Shown here one piece after another: positions 14,008 to 28,206 of a DNA stretch of 64,000 bases. Location: NCBI GenBank assembly GCA_964016885.1, contig OZ024740.1:86366001-86430000 (forward strand), in the 5' to 3' direction. Position 1 is the first letter of the stretch. Each line of letters opens with the position of its first letter. This DNA comes from Eledone cirrhosa. Lineage: Eukaryota. The notes beneath the pieces are model-generated. The model was not told the origin of the DNA and made no database searches. It worked only from the letters and a program-made list of their open reading frames with translations. The position numbers and the translations under genes were made by a program.

Positions 14008-14249
14008 CATGTTGTGATCGAAGCAACATGATGAAGCTCAACAAAAGTGAATAATTGTTTCTACTTTAGGCACAAGGCCAGCAATTATCAGTACATTACT
14101 GGTATTTTATTTTATCGACTCCGTAAGGATGAAAGGCAAAGTCAACCTCGGCGGGATTTGAACTCAGATCGTAAATGGACGTAACTATGCTGGAAAGCAT
14201 GGCGTCCGATCCTCTACCGATACTGCCAATCCACCGCCCATTTCAAGGT

Positions 14250-15100
14250 GCCAATCCACTGCCCTTTTTAAGATTCAACCAAAAGTTAATAATGGCGTCC
14301 CATGAGGCATTGTGATTGACCCACTCCTCTTTATTAATCACATTAATAATATCATTAATACCATGGAGCATAACAAAATAACACATTATGAAAATGACTG
14401 AATAGTTTAAAAGGTCATCAACCGATCTGTTATCCAATTGAAAAAGAAAAATATATGATTCTAGATGACAATATATTTGAGCTAATCCACTTTGAAAAAG
14501 AATATTCACTTAAGCTACCTTACTCCTTTCACACGAGTGAAGCCTCGTTGTATCCGATAACACTAGAGACCTCAACTCAAATTAACTGTCGATAATATCT
14601 TAAGGTGGAATGCCCACATACAAACGGAACATGGCTTGCAGAATGTGTTTTTGAGTTTTACAACCTTTCAGTTTAGTGATATTCATAGCATTATCTTTCT
14701 ACTTTTTTTGTCCAGCTGCACCTTGAAAACTGTTGTCAGAAATGATTAACACATGTTAGCCCGTGTTTATTGGGTTCGACTTGAAAATTACAATCTCTAT
14801 CCTCTCTATAGCCGCCAAATGATATTGGTATCAACTTTAAATTTCACCCAAGTCTTTATCTCCACGCTATCTATGCCTCACAAAATTGAGCTCGCAACCT
14901 ATATTATTAAGACAAAATTATTTCACCTCAACTGGCTACGCTCTCATTATTATCATATTGAAAGACATCAAGAACGAAAAAAGAGAGCACTTAACATTCA
15001 AATGCTTCTTGGACAAAGTCCAGATAAACGTCCTACCTCCAGATAAGTTTCTGCCAACACCAACTCCTATGTGAGTGGGCAATGGTGTCCAAAGCATGAC
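14250..15100 (+). mobile_element. CR1-like LINE 3' fragment, heavily decayed
   Basis: NGVP*GIVIDPLLFINHINNI (GVPQG motif), DNILRWNAHI, YWVRLENYNLYPL, FKCFLDKV. Confidence 0.75.
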
Positions 15101-15114
15101 TGAAATATGAGGTA

Positions 15115-15271
<157 letters not shown>

Positions 15272-15938
15272 GATCCATAGACAACAATCTCATAACAAAA
15301 TATAATCAACACAATAAAAGAACATTTGAAACCTAATAAGGAAACAATTATCCTTAAGCAAAGAACGACCCTCTCTAACATATATAACTTCAGCGCAAAC
15401 ACCGAATAAAATCTGTTAGACACGTAGTGACTAACAACAGAATGTTTTAAGTCTGCGTGTCTGACATGATGACATGTGACATACAAGCGTAGCTTGTGAA
15501 TAAAAATTTCAGGGGGTATCGCTGGCCTTGGTGATGCCTCCCAAACATCTTTTGTAATATATCGTCTTATTGGCTAATTTCATCGTCTTATTGGCTAATC
15601 AACCAACGAGAGTAATTGTTGCTCAAATGCATCCGTCACTTTGTTTCTACGCTTATTTATCGTTTCGCTTTCGAATCTTCCTCCAGTATTTCGTCGTTTT
15701 ATCATCAAAATATTTTTCTCGTTTTGGTAAGTTATATTGTTAATTTATATATGATTTTTTAAATTTATATTAACTATTAAAAGTCAGAAAATATTTTTAT
15801 ACATCTTACAATAATATTTAAAAGATCATTTATAAAATAACACTTATATAATCTAATTACATTACAACGATAATTTATTATTAATATATATCATGTTTAA
15901 CTAGAGTTATTACAAGCGTTGCCTTAAAAAAATATTAA

Positions 15939-16384
15939 ACTAGACCTGAAAAATGCGCAAGCTCAAAAGAGCCACCGAATGTTATTATAAACCTTCAAAA
16001 GTGTGGGACTAGAGTTGTTGCTCAAACATATTGTAATCATTATCTATCGTACATTCTGTGGCATCCTTTTATAAAAAAGAAACTCATAACGAACTCAATA
16101 CGACACGATAATTATTTAAGTGAATTTATAATATAGAATTCGGTTTAAGTGCATTTCGTATTAATCATTACTAAACATCTAATATGAGATATTGAACATT
16201 AGCTTAAATAATTATCGTGTCGTCTTGAGTTCGTTATGAGTCTCTTTTTTATAAAAGGATGCCACAGAATGTACGATAGATAATGATTACAATATTTTTG
16301 AGCAACAACTCTAGTCCTACACTTTTGAAGGTTTATTATAACATTCTGTGGCTCTTTTGAGCTTGCGCATTTTTCAGGTCTAGT
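15939..16384. repeat. Inverted repeat, about 180-bp arms (15939-16120 / 16203-16384), ends ACTAGAC..GTCTAGT
   Basis: Arms are reverse complements with a few mismatches. Confidence 0.9.
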
Positions 16385-16390
16385 AATACA

Positions 16391-16444
16391 AGCCTGATGA
16401 TCACAATAACCTAAAACTCGATTTGTGAGAAAAAGAAATTCAGC
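16391..16444 (+). ncRNA. Degenerate hammerhead motif adjacent to the inverted repeat
   Basis: CTGATGA-TCACAA..TTGTGA-GAAA..TC; stems I and III poorly paired. Confidence 0.45.
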
Positions 16445-17224
16445 ATAAATAAGCAAACTATACTTTAGAAAATGTATTGACTGCTCTGTTTCTGTTTCTT
16501 TGACAAGTTAGAACATTTGAATATATATTCATATATACATAATACGTACATTTATACATACATAATACGTACATATATACATACATAATACGTACATATA
16601 TACGTACATATACGCATATACACGAGTGAATGTTCATTTATACATACACACAAGTATATGTATGAATGTACGTATGTAATTACATTATATCTTATTTATG
16701 GTACATACTATATTTTATTTATTACATTATGATCACGTTTGCTGTGTCTCTAACATGATACACCACACATAATTTCCGATAATTTTTAAATGTAGGAAAA
16801 TATTTGTTCTTTTTTTTATTTTCCTTTCTTACTTATTTATATTTATGTTGTTGCTGTTTTTTTTATTATAGTTCATAATGATTAAAGATATATGATTAAA
16901 GGTTGATGATTAAGTATATATAAGATCGATGCTGGGAGAATATATAGAATATATATACAAGTGTGTTTTGTTTAAATTTAATTGCCAGAGATTAATTTAG
17001 ATATTGAGAAGAGAATTCTAACCTAATGTTCTCCCCGCATCTTACTTACATATATATGACAGTAGGGAGTTTAGGTCAAAATATCAGGGGAAATAATTTA
17101 ATATTTTCTTAGGTTGACGGAGTTTAATTCAATAAATAAGAATAATGGCGACATAAAGTATAGAATTTATTTCATTTTGTTTTCTTTCTGTTTACTATTG
17201 TTGTATTTGCTGTTATTTGATACC

Positions 17225-18740
17225 ACTGTCATATGAAGGAGGCGATGCTGATGTTTAAGGTGATGATGCCGATTTTAATCGAGGTGTTGGTAGTGGTGGT
17301 GCTGATGATGGTGGTGGTGTTGAGGGTGGTGGTGTTGGTGTTGATGGTGGTGGTAGTATTGGTTGAGGTGGTGGTGGTATTGGTTGAGGTGGTGGCGGTG
17401 CTTATGTATGTGGTGATGGTGCTGATTTTCATCGTGGTGTTAGTAGTGGTGGTGTTGATGGTGGTGGTGTTGGTAGTCGTGGTGGTGGTGGTGGTGGTGG
17501 TGGTTGTGGTAGTCGTGGTGGTGATGGCGGTGGTGGTATTTGGGGTAGTGATGATGTTGATCTTTGTGGTGATGGTGATGGTGATCGTATTGGTGGTGAC
17601 GATGGTGGTAATGGTTTTGGTGGCAGTGGTGGTGGCAGTGGTGGTGGTAGTGGTGGTTATGGTAGTGTTCATGGTGAAGGTGATGGTGGTGGTAGAATTG
17701 TGTTGATTGTGATAGTAATCAGTTTAGTAGTGGTAGTGGTGTTGATAATTGAAGTAATATTGATGGTGGAGAATGGTGTTCATGATATTGGTAGTGACTA
17801 ACATTCTTAGTGGTATTGTTGGTAGTGTGATGATGGTGTTTTTGGTGAGGTTCCAGGTAATGATGGAGTAATAGTGTAGTGGTGGTGAGTTTCATGATGG
17901 TGGAGGATATAATGAGTGGTGGTGGTGGTGTTGGTGTTGGTGGTAGTGGTGGTTGTGTTGGTGGTTGTGTTTATGGTGGTGTTGGTGGTGGTGGTGGTGG
18001 TGGTGGTGGTGCCACGGATGTTCATGGTTGGAAATAGTTGGTTGCATTTCTCATAGCATTGATGTTATTGGTAATAGTAGAGTTAGTAACGTCGATGGTT
18101 CCAGATCAACATTACCCAATGTATTCTTTTTCTAAGATGGTGTGGTTTCTTTTGAGTGGGCTTTGGCTACTTTTTAGAGCAGATCGAGTCACGACTTATG
18201 TTGACGATTGCTTTTGATAGTGTTAATGGTCTTGACGTTAGTGTTTGTATTATTATTAAGGTTAGAGTTGACGGTGATGTTGGTCTTGATGGTAGTGCTG
18301 CGGTTGTTGTTCTAGCGTGTGATAGTTGTTATTGTTGTTGGTTAGTCTTAGGTCAGACCTGATGGCGCAAAAATATCATTAAATATGTCCAGCCGTGTCA
18401 GGAATTACATTGAATTAACCAATGGGTTCTTTTTAAAGACGATAATGTAGAATTTGTGGTAGATTTGGATCTTCTAGAAGACCGAGTGGACGGATAGATA
18501 CATTCTCATTGCCGATGGTTCTGTTGGGGTTATTAGTGTTTTACCATCCATTGTTCAAGAAGAAATAACAATGTCCATGACCTCATTTTAGAACCTCCAA
18601 CACTGATGGATCACAATGAGCGAGGTATCTACAAAGTGGAGACCTGACCCGAATGCTTAAGACAACGCTGACTCCACTAAAAATACCCAGGATCCTGATG
18701 ATGATGTTAAGCCAGGCGATATCTTAAGTCTACTACCCAA
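17225..18740 (-). pseudogene. Thr/Ser/Pro-rich mucin-like low-complexity region with stops and frameshifts
   Basis: Degenerate (ACC)n gives poly-Thr; upstream non-repetitive DNA also translates S/T/P-rich (TTTAALPSRPTSPSTLT, PSTRSSRRSKSTTNSTLSS); could simply be a cryptic trinucleotide repeat. Confidence 0.3.
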
Positions 18741-21700
18741 ATAGGACACAGATGGGTTTGAACTGAGAACGAAAAGATCGGCATCGACTACAGCAACGTA
18801 CCTTATCCGTCACTCGAGAGTGTTTGATGATAGTTCACCGGTCAATAATAGTACTTTGAGTATCGATCCTGGAAAGATGGCAAGCAAAAATATCATCAGC
18901 GGGTTTTTCACTTTTTGTTATTGTTGGTATTGTTGGTGGTATATATTACAACAATGATGACAGATTAGAAAAGGTTACAGTCAATTCTTGCTGAATATTC
19001 TAAATGACCAATCTCTTGATTTATTGCTATACCGGTTACTGTTGTGGAAGTACACCCGTTACTAATGTCCATTTGTACACGCTTGTCACTATGTACCCAT
19101 TTAATGAGCTACAAGCTTAACGGTGACCTCGTGACGTAGGGCGTGTCATGAGGATCCAAACCTGCCGTAACCTATCCTTCTCCTGGTCTGGCCTCATTAA
19201 ATTTCTTTCCCTCCAGCTAGAAAGCTAGAGAGGAGAGACGTTGGAAAACAGAAATAATTAACCCCCCCCCCCAGTGCTGACTGGTAATTTATTTATTGAT
19301 CCTGAAAAGATAAAAGACAAAGTTGGCCCTGGCCAGATCCGATTTCGGAACGCAAAGAACTGACTGAACACAGCACAAATATCCAACGATCTAATGACAA
19401 TCATTCATTGCTTAAGGTACTGCTATATTCTCTACCAGGCGGCGAATTGGCAGAGTCATTAGAACGTCGGATAGAATGCTTTGTAGTATTCGTTTTGGCT
19501 CTCTGTTCTCTGAGTTCAAATACCGCAGTGGACAACTTTGTTTTTCATTCACTCAAGGTCTATGAAAAATATACGAGTCTAGTACTGGGGTAAATTCTCA
19601 CTCTATATCTATTTGTCACTTCCATTCTCTCATTCTCTCTATTCTTCTCTGGAAGAAATCAACTGTATTCAAACCTGGAGAGGATTGAGCTCCACCAGGT
19701 TTTAAAATACCATAGAAAGGGCATATGTTACCGCGGCACCCCTACGACTACCTCAGGAGTTATGAGCATACTTGCTATTAAATCTGTATATGATATAGTG
19801 ATATTGCACCTGTAACTAAAGTTCTCATAGATATATTGTTCTCATAGATATATTGTTCTACTATTGGATCTGTATACATAGCTTTTGTTGACATAGTTGT
19901 ACTTTACTTTTCCATCTTCAAAGTACTCTTGAAAATAATTGTTTCTACTTTTGGCACAAGACCATTAGTATGAAGGGAAGGGGAAAGTCGATTGAATCTA
20001 CCCCAATGCGTAACTGGTTCTTTACTTTATCGGGATTTGAACACAGAACAAAAAGGGCGAAATTATATACCGCAAAGCATGTTGTGCAACACTTTTTCGA
20101 TATTGCCAATCCCCCGTCTTTATTCTTGAAAATAATACCAAATGGTAACACATAATTGATCTACAGATGTGTTATTGCATCCGTTAGTATGAATATTATT
20201 AATACTATTATCTTGTATATAAAGTCTCAAACGTATAAGAGAAGTGAAGAAATATTAGAAGTTATAATGTTTAAGTATTCTCTGGTGACATTTGAATTCC
20301 AAATATGAAAGGAAATCGCTCCTATCAATAAGCTAGATCAATCTATTGTGCGTCCACTTATCCTTCAGAGTACTCGGGGCCATACAATTATTTAAACATC
20401 ATACTGCACACCACAGGAAACTATAACTACATACTACCCATTTCCAGTTCAGTTGGTATTTAATCAAATAAAATATCGATTTTGTTCCTATCTATAACGC
20501 TACAGTCATCGACACAAGTAAGGCTTCCCGCAACAAGATTTCCACCAAATCTAATACTAGTGTCTTAAACGAGTATATGACTGATTACATGATATTGTGC
20601 TGGATTAACTGGGCCTGAAAACATAAGTGAGTGTCACGGGTAGAATGTATTTGATTATATTTTGATCGATCAGGTTTGATCAGAAGATAAACAACTACTA
20701 CAGGCGGTAGTTTGGCCTTGGGATCAAGTAAGTCACTACTAGACATGGTTCTGACACTTACATCTGTTGTCTCCCCACACTCTTTTCTACCGTCTTGGAA
20801 CTGACTCGTCTCGCTTCTCATTACTCTTTAAAATAAAATACCATCAATTCCCTTTCTTCACATTCTTTCCTGAAGTCATCGAATTGCAGCAATTTAAGCA
20901 GAACGTTAATGAAACCAATTTCACATGTTTTACAGAACGCGAGAAAGGCACGGATAATGTCCTTCATCCAGACCTAACTAATAAAAATGTTTTTCTTGCT
21001 GGAGATCGTGAGAAAACAGCCGCGGGAGAATTTCTTGATACTGCTGTATATTATTAACTTCTGTACTTCATTTCTACTATAAAGAGCCGACACTTGATAA
21101 CATTGCTGTGAAGAGAAGAGTACACCGGATGAAATACTATAACTCTAAATAAATGATATTAGGGTTTTTGGAAGCACCAAGATTGGTGGAAGGAACAGAG
21201 CGAGCAATTTTCATACTGAAGATATGGCCCAAAATGCTTAAGACAAAGTGAACTCCAAAACAAAAAATACAAAGATCAGGTGATAGCGTCAATGTGGGTG
21301 ATGGATTAAGTCTGATCGTATGTATGCCACAGCAGGTTTTGAACTCAGAATGCAAACAGCCAGAACAAATATCACAAAGTTTCTATCCGCCACTCTGACG
21401 ACTCCGTTAGTCCACTGCTCAATACTGACACTGCATTTACAAACCCCGGAAGGATGAAAAGTAAACTTTCCTTTGCGACATTTGAATTCAGAACGAATGA
21501 AGCCGGAATAAATACTGCAAGACCTTTTACCGCAGCTCAGGCTATTCTAGCAACCCTCACCTGTTGGTGGTCGTACTTTCTTTTCTGTTTATTGTTGTTG
21601 TTGTTGGTAATGTTGGGAGTATATATTACAGCGAAAGTGACAAGGTAGAAACGATTACAGTTAATAACAGCAGAATAATCTAAATTAAATGGCTTACCAT

Positions 21701-22369
21701 TATGATAGCAATAGAACTTGAAAATCGAGCCTCATTGCACATAATTGCATCATGGCCCAATTCCACGTAAAAACATCACTGTACTACTTACAACCATTCG
21801 ACTCTATTATACCATATTTTATTGCTAAGTCCATCCACTGAATTAAGCACGAATTTACTATTTTTTCATGTTGTTGTGCCACACTATTTATTCTATGGTA
21901 TGCTATATAAGCCTCAAAACATTAGATTATGCTTCATGAATAAGTTCTAATACAACCGAAACAAGTCCGAATTTTTACCATACTGTCAACATTACTCTCA
22001 CGTCACACTGCAGTTTATCTTAAATTAATATTAACAAATTTAGAATCTGTGGTTGTTTATATGATTTTCTTAACTATTAGTAATAGGGCGGTGGATTGGC
22101 AGTATTGGTAGAGGGTCGGGCGCCATGCTTTGAAGCATAGAGTTACCTCCCTTTATGATCTGAGTTCAAATCCCGCCGAGGTTAACTTTGCCTTTCATCC
22201 TTACGTTGTCGATAAAATAAAGTACCAGTAATGCACTGGGATAATTGCTGGCCTGGTGCCAAAAGTAGAAACAATTATTAATAATTAAGCTAATAGTTTT
22301 ATATTCTCACTACGGATGTGATGTTACTTTATTCAGAAATATTGACTAATTGCATATGTATTCTCTCTA

Positions 22370-22851
22370 TCCAGCCCTTCTGCACCACTTAAACTTTAAA
22401 TAGTTTTAAGACCTTATACACACACACACACACACTGTCATCCTCCTCTACTGCTATCTCTTGACCCTCTGACCACTTCCAGTTGCGCGCGCACCCCACA
22501 TCTCTCCACTTCCGACCACTACCACAAATGGATTTCACACCACCGGTCATCGTTCCAGCTATCCACCCTATAACATGAAATATATCCAACATCTGATCGC
22601 ACACTCCACAGAACTACCTTAGGAACATACCCACGAACAAACACTCACATTTTTTTTCGAACCACGCCACCTACATCCACACCACGTACAACACAAACAC
22701 ACACGTGCGTACCCCCACATATACACTCAGCCTCCGGAATCCCCCCCCCCCCTCGGCCGCCCCTCTGATCCCTCTCCATCCACACGCACGCACACACCGG
22801 TTCGCCTTTTTCCTGAACATGGAACCTCGATCTTCCCCCAACTCTCACATT

Positions 22852-22898
<47 letters not shown>

Positions 22899-23278
22899 AC
22901 ACCTACACACATAGACAAACACCACCTTCAGCCCTCCACGCTCGGACCCCCCGCCTCCCTCTCCCAACTCCACCCGCCACCACCCCTACACGCCTCACAC
23001 CCTTCCACCACTTTTTCTTTTTTATGTTTATTTTTATGTTTATTTTAATTTTCATTTGTATCTCTAAAATCGTTTTTCCTCCCTTTTCTCTCCCTCCTTT
23101 TTTCTAAATGTCTTTCCACCCCTCCCCCACGCACCCTCAGAACTCTCTTCCTACCCACTTTTCTCCCAATGAAGGGCCCGAAACGTCGTTCCCCACCCAT
23201 GACCCCCACTCTCACACGCGTGAACCTAATAAACTCATATTTGTACTGCCTCTCTGTTTTTGTTCCTGTCTAAGACTT

Positions 23279-23282
<4 letters not shown>
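22370..23282 (+). mobile_element. C-rich PLE-pLTR-like remnant with degenerate hammerhead near 23165-23190
   Basis: CAATGA-AGGGCCC-GAAAC-GTC, AATAAA, ends in (TA)n; tail GTACTGCCTCTCTGTTT also at 13554. Confidence 0.45.
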
Positions 23283-23342
<60 letters not shown>

Positions 23343-24626
23343 TCACCACATTTTACACTGCATTGACAGTATTTCTTTATCGAAGCTGGAGCAATAAATG
23401 AACCCGTTGACCCCAATGGGAATTCAGCTCACATATGCATTTGAAATACACACAGCTGAAATCTCTGGAGTGTGAGTCTATTCTTCCACTCTAAACTGAT
23501 TTGCAATTAATACCGTCGTGGACTCGTTGTGCAGTTCGGTATACTATTATGTCATTGTTGGTAAGTGTATAAAAGAAGTATTTTCAAACTAGTCTTAGGA
23601 ATTAAGAAATTGCCAACCAGTGATTTATTGTACGTGAAGGGTATTGAAAAAGAGACACCTATTATGTGGGAACTTCCCAATTCAATTACATGCCAATTTT
23701 TATAGATCTCTCAAAGGTAGAGAGTTTATGAAAGGAAAAAAAATCGATCGTTATTACTAATTACTTTCTTGTCACATAAATATGATTTTCTTCTTCCTTT
23801 GGGACTTGTTGCAAGACGTATTCATTATAAAATCTCACTGATCAGACAATCAAATTTTTAGTTTTTCACAAACTTCTATTCACGAAACAATATAAAGTTA
23901 TATTCTCTTCATATTTCTCATAATGAAACGCAACTTTAAATGGAGAATTTCAGTTTGGAGTGCTCAGTCAGTTACCGATTTGACATATTTGAGAATGTTG
24001 TTGATGTTGTGTTGCCCTGATCAAGTAGACACGTGGCACATAGGTAGTCGGATAAGAGAATAATTTTTATCTGTTGCTTCTACCTTCGTTCTTCTAGAAA
24101 TAACAGCTCAATCTTGCTCAAACTTCATTACATTATCCTAACAAAAACTAAGATAAATTTAATCTAGATATGATAATATATTTTTTTAAAGTATATGTAA
24201 TAATATTATATTATTCTCTTTGAACACAAAACAATATAGATCATCGTCTTTAAAAAAATGAATGAATACACTATACAATCGGTTTTGTAGTCACTGGTTA
24301 TTGGATATTTCAGTGTCACAATAAGAACAAGATGCAATAGAGGTTATTGCTATTCAGATTTCACCGCTGTGAGGCTGAACAGCTAGCGGTTATAATAAAT
24401 GGCTCATGCCATTGCAATTCGAACTCTTTAATCCTTCAGCCATGTCATGGTCGCTAAAGAGTATATAGGTATGTTACGTACCATAACTTTACAACACGGA
24501 TGGGGCGGTAAATTCTAATACTCCAAAAGTATGTCCTAATTAAAACTGTTGCTGTGATGAGTCTGCAGATATGATATTAAATTTACGTATAAATAATATA
24601 TATCTCTATCTATCTATCTATCTATT

Positions 24627-24840
<214 letters not shown>

Positions 24841-24846
24841 ATATAC

Positions 24847-24915
<69 letters not shown>

Positions 24916-24921
24916 TATATG

Positions 24922-24975
<54 letters not shown>

Positions 24976-25242
24976 TATAAACGGAAAAAATGAAATTTCA
25001 TTTCCCACTCTTAGTACGGCTGTTACTTAAATATAAGTATGTACACGTACATACATATATGTATACAGACGTACAGTAGTATGCATATATATATACATAC
25101 ATGCACATATATATATATATGTGTACGTATGGATTCACCGAACATTTATTATAATGCGCGGTGTGTTTGTAAACAAACATCCCGAATTAAGCTGTAGTGT
25201 CTAGCAGCCATCGCTGCTCATTTGTTCAACACTGACAAAGTA

Positions 25243-25285
25243 ACACTGTACTAGTTTCAAGCTTATTAGCTATCGTCAGCAACGT
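25243..25285 (-). ncRNA. Minimal type I hammerhead ribozyme (family A, inverted copy)
   Basis: ACGTTG-CTGACGA-TAGCTAATAAGCTT-GAAA-CTAG-TA-CAGTGT. Confidence 0.85.
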
Positions 25286-25637
25286 ATAGCTTCCTGCCAG
25301 ATGATTGAACGTCTGAAAGTATATACTTTCCTTATGCATATTAACGGCTGAGCAGCCTAATTTGCATATCGAGTGAGTTAATGTGTGCATGTTTGTATAT
25401 ATATATATATACTACTGTACGTCTGTATACATATATGTATATACATATACATACTTATATTTAAGTAACAGCCGTACTAAGAGTGAGAAATGAAATTTCG
25501 TTTCATTTTTTCCGTTTATCGTTTTCAGTGCGCCCGGCCGATTAACTCACTCGATATGCAAATTAGGCTGCTCAGCCGTTAATATGCATAAGGAAAGTAT
25601 ATACTTTCAGACTTTCAATCATCTGGCAGGAAGGTAT

Positions 25638-25680
25638 ACGTTGCTGACGATAGCTAATAAGCTTGAAACTAGTACAGCGT
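25638..25680 (+). ncRNA. Minimal type I hammerhead ribozyme (family A)
   Basis: ACGTTG-CTGACGA-TAGCTAATAAGCTT-GAAA-CTAG-TA-CAGCGT; predicted cleavage after 25674. Confidence 0.9.
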
Positions 25681-26999
25681 TCCTTTGTCAGTGTTGAACA
25701 AAAGAGCAACGATGGCTGCTAAACACTGTACGGCTTAATTCGGGATGTTTGTTTACAAACACACCGCGCATTATAATAAATGTTCGGTGAATCCATACGT
25801 ACATATATATATGTGTGCATGTATGTATATATATACATACTACTGTACGTCTGTATACATATATGTATGTACGTATACATCTCATATATATATATATATA
25901 TATATATATGAATATGTATACGTACATACATATATGTACATATATATATATATACATATACATATATAATTAATAATAGTTATGAACGAGGTGTCAAATA
26001 TTCGTTAACGTTATTCGTTTTGCGATTGATCAGCTCAAAGATCGATCTCTATCGATCGGGCCCGACTATGGAATGAAAAGTCTATTAGACTTCTGTTAGC
26101 TTACATATGTCTAATGAGCTTTTGAGGAATTATATCAGACTAATAAAATAAAGTAATAATTATTTCTACTTTGGCACAAGGCCAGCAATTACCCCAGTGC
26201 ATTACTGGTGCTTTATTTGATCCACCCCATAAGGATGAAAGACAATGTTAACCTCAACGGCATTTGAACTCAGACCATAAAGGGCTCATAAAACAAAACG
26301 AGAGAGGAAAAAGTAAATGTTATTTATATAGAAAAAGTAAATGTTATTTAAGTATAAATGTTATTTATACTCCTACAACAAAAGAAATTGACACAGAATT
26401 TGGTTTAGCATCTTATTTAGAATTTAATTCATGGAATTCTGAGAATGATTTTGAAAAGAGACAAGTCAAGGATGGCTTTCATAAAATTATTAAAAGTTAG
26501 ACTATAATATTGATTTCTAGTATAGGCACAAGGCCAGTAATTTGGGGGCATGGGGAAAGTCGATTAAATCGACTCAAGTACGTTACTGGCGTTTTATTTT
26601 AGGATGAAAGGCAAAGTTAACCTCTATGCTGCAAAGCATGGCATCCGACACTCTACTGATACTGCCAATCCACCCATAAAGTAATAATACTAAAATAGTA
26701 AAATAATATAATATAACAATAAAAAGCTAAGAATATAAATGTTAAAAATAAAAGGATATATTTACAATTTCACATAGACACACACACATAACATATAATG
26801 CATGTGTGTGTGTATGTATGCATGTAGGCATTTATAGGAACCAGTGTAAATCTGTGCAAAGCTATATATGTATGAGTGTTTGTGTGCACGCAAATGCATG
26901 TCTCTGCTTTTTAAATCTTAATAATTTGTTATATGTGTGCGTGTCTATGTGTCTTCCCGCGTATATATAAATAAGTATATATATACACATATATGTACA

Positions 27000-27085
<86 letters not shown>

Positions 27086-27181
27086 TACACACAAAGATCG
27101 GAATTAAGAGTATTCCGCAGTTCACAGTAATAATAATATTAGCTCAAAGAAGAATAGAGAATTTTCTTCTGAGCTCAAATG

Positions 27182-27679
27182 CAAATATATTACACAAAGA
27201 GAAGTGTGTTACACAGTGAGATGTGTGTAAAGAATTATTACAAGTGAGTTTTACCGTTACTGTATAGAGAACAATATCTACAGGTTTAGCAATTAAATAG
27301 AAAAAAACTAAGTCAGAATCAAATCTCTGAATTAGAGTTTTAAATTACCAACCTTATAACTAACTATAAGTTTGCTGATACGAATCTCTTCGTTTCACCA
27401 CCGACATGTGCAGTATAACAGCCCACAGGATCCTCAGTCAGCAAATGTGGATACTGTTCACGACACATCTAACCTCATGGATAGAGAGAAAGGTAATGTA
27501 CACGTTGCCCAGAGTAGGGCGAAATCACGTGTTATTTGCATCAAATAACGGCTCTCATGGATTGGGGAAAATGCTAGAGAGGGCAGCCTTACCATTCGAA
27601 TTTATTAGCTCAACAACTTGTAATAATTCTTTACACACATCTTACTGTGTAACACACTTCTCTTTGCGTAATATATTTG
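27182..27679. repeat. Inverted repeat, about 64-bp arms (27182-27245 / 27616-27679) enclosing a hammerhead
   Basis: Arms are reverse complements with few mismatches. Confidence 0.85.
27371..27445 (-). ncRNA. Type I hammerhead ribozyme with 8-bp stem I
   Basis: TTTGCTGA-CTGAGGA-[stem II]-GAAA-CGAA-GAGA-TTCG-TA-TCAGCAAA. Confidence 0.85.
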
Positions 27680-27714
27680 TATTTATATATATATATATAT
27701 GCGTGCGCGCGCCA

Positions 27715-27802
<88 letters not shown>

Positions 27803-28019
27803 GTGTGTAATCATTTTAGCTATCTACAAAGTACCTGATAAATTCAGATGTCGCCACCCTTACTCACTCGACAAAAGCACCCAAGAAATTTTGATAAATT
27901 CCTATACAGACAAATTTCAAGCTAGATTTGCCCCCACTGTTTCAACTATAAAGATTTGCACCGTTCAGAGGAAGAATTAGTCGAGGGATAACCACTCCTC
28001 TTTTTATATTTTTGTCCAC

Positions 28020-28104
28020 GTGCCCGAATGAAGGGCCAGATTAAAAGTGCCTCCGCCATTATACAGTAGGAACCATGACGGAATCCCGAAATCAATGGTA
28101 GCAC
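28020..28104 (+). ncRNA. Degenerate hammerhead in a probable PLE remnant (about 27810-28140)
   Basis: GTGC-CCGAATGA-AGGG..CCC-GAAA-TCAATGG-TA-GCAC; stem I perfect, core altered. Confidence 0.5.
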
Positions 28105-28145
28105 ATACATGTTAAGTGTATATGAAACTTTTTTTATACTATACA

Positions 28146-28206
<61 letters not shown>

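Larger units (their letters stand above)
24978..25880 (+). mobile_element. Retrozyme-like element family A: inverted copy (24978-25382) + head-to-tail partial tandem with 430-bp period (25383-25880)
   Basis: GTGTGCATG..ACTACTGTACGTCTGTATAC block recurs at 25383 and 25813; 25541-25880 and 25383-25517 are revcomps of parts of 24978-25382; no ORF; flanked by (TA)n. Confidence 0.88.

Noticed and set aside
17233-17706. 157-aa Val-rich hydrophobic ORF
   Set aside because: Product of degenerate (GGT)n; antisense to the Thr-rich frame
22086-22180. tRNA gene-like A/B boxes
   Set aside because: SINE heads continuing into SINE core; no cloverleaf
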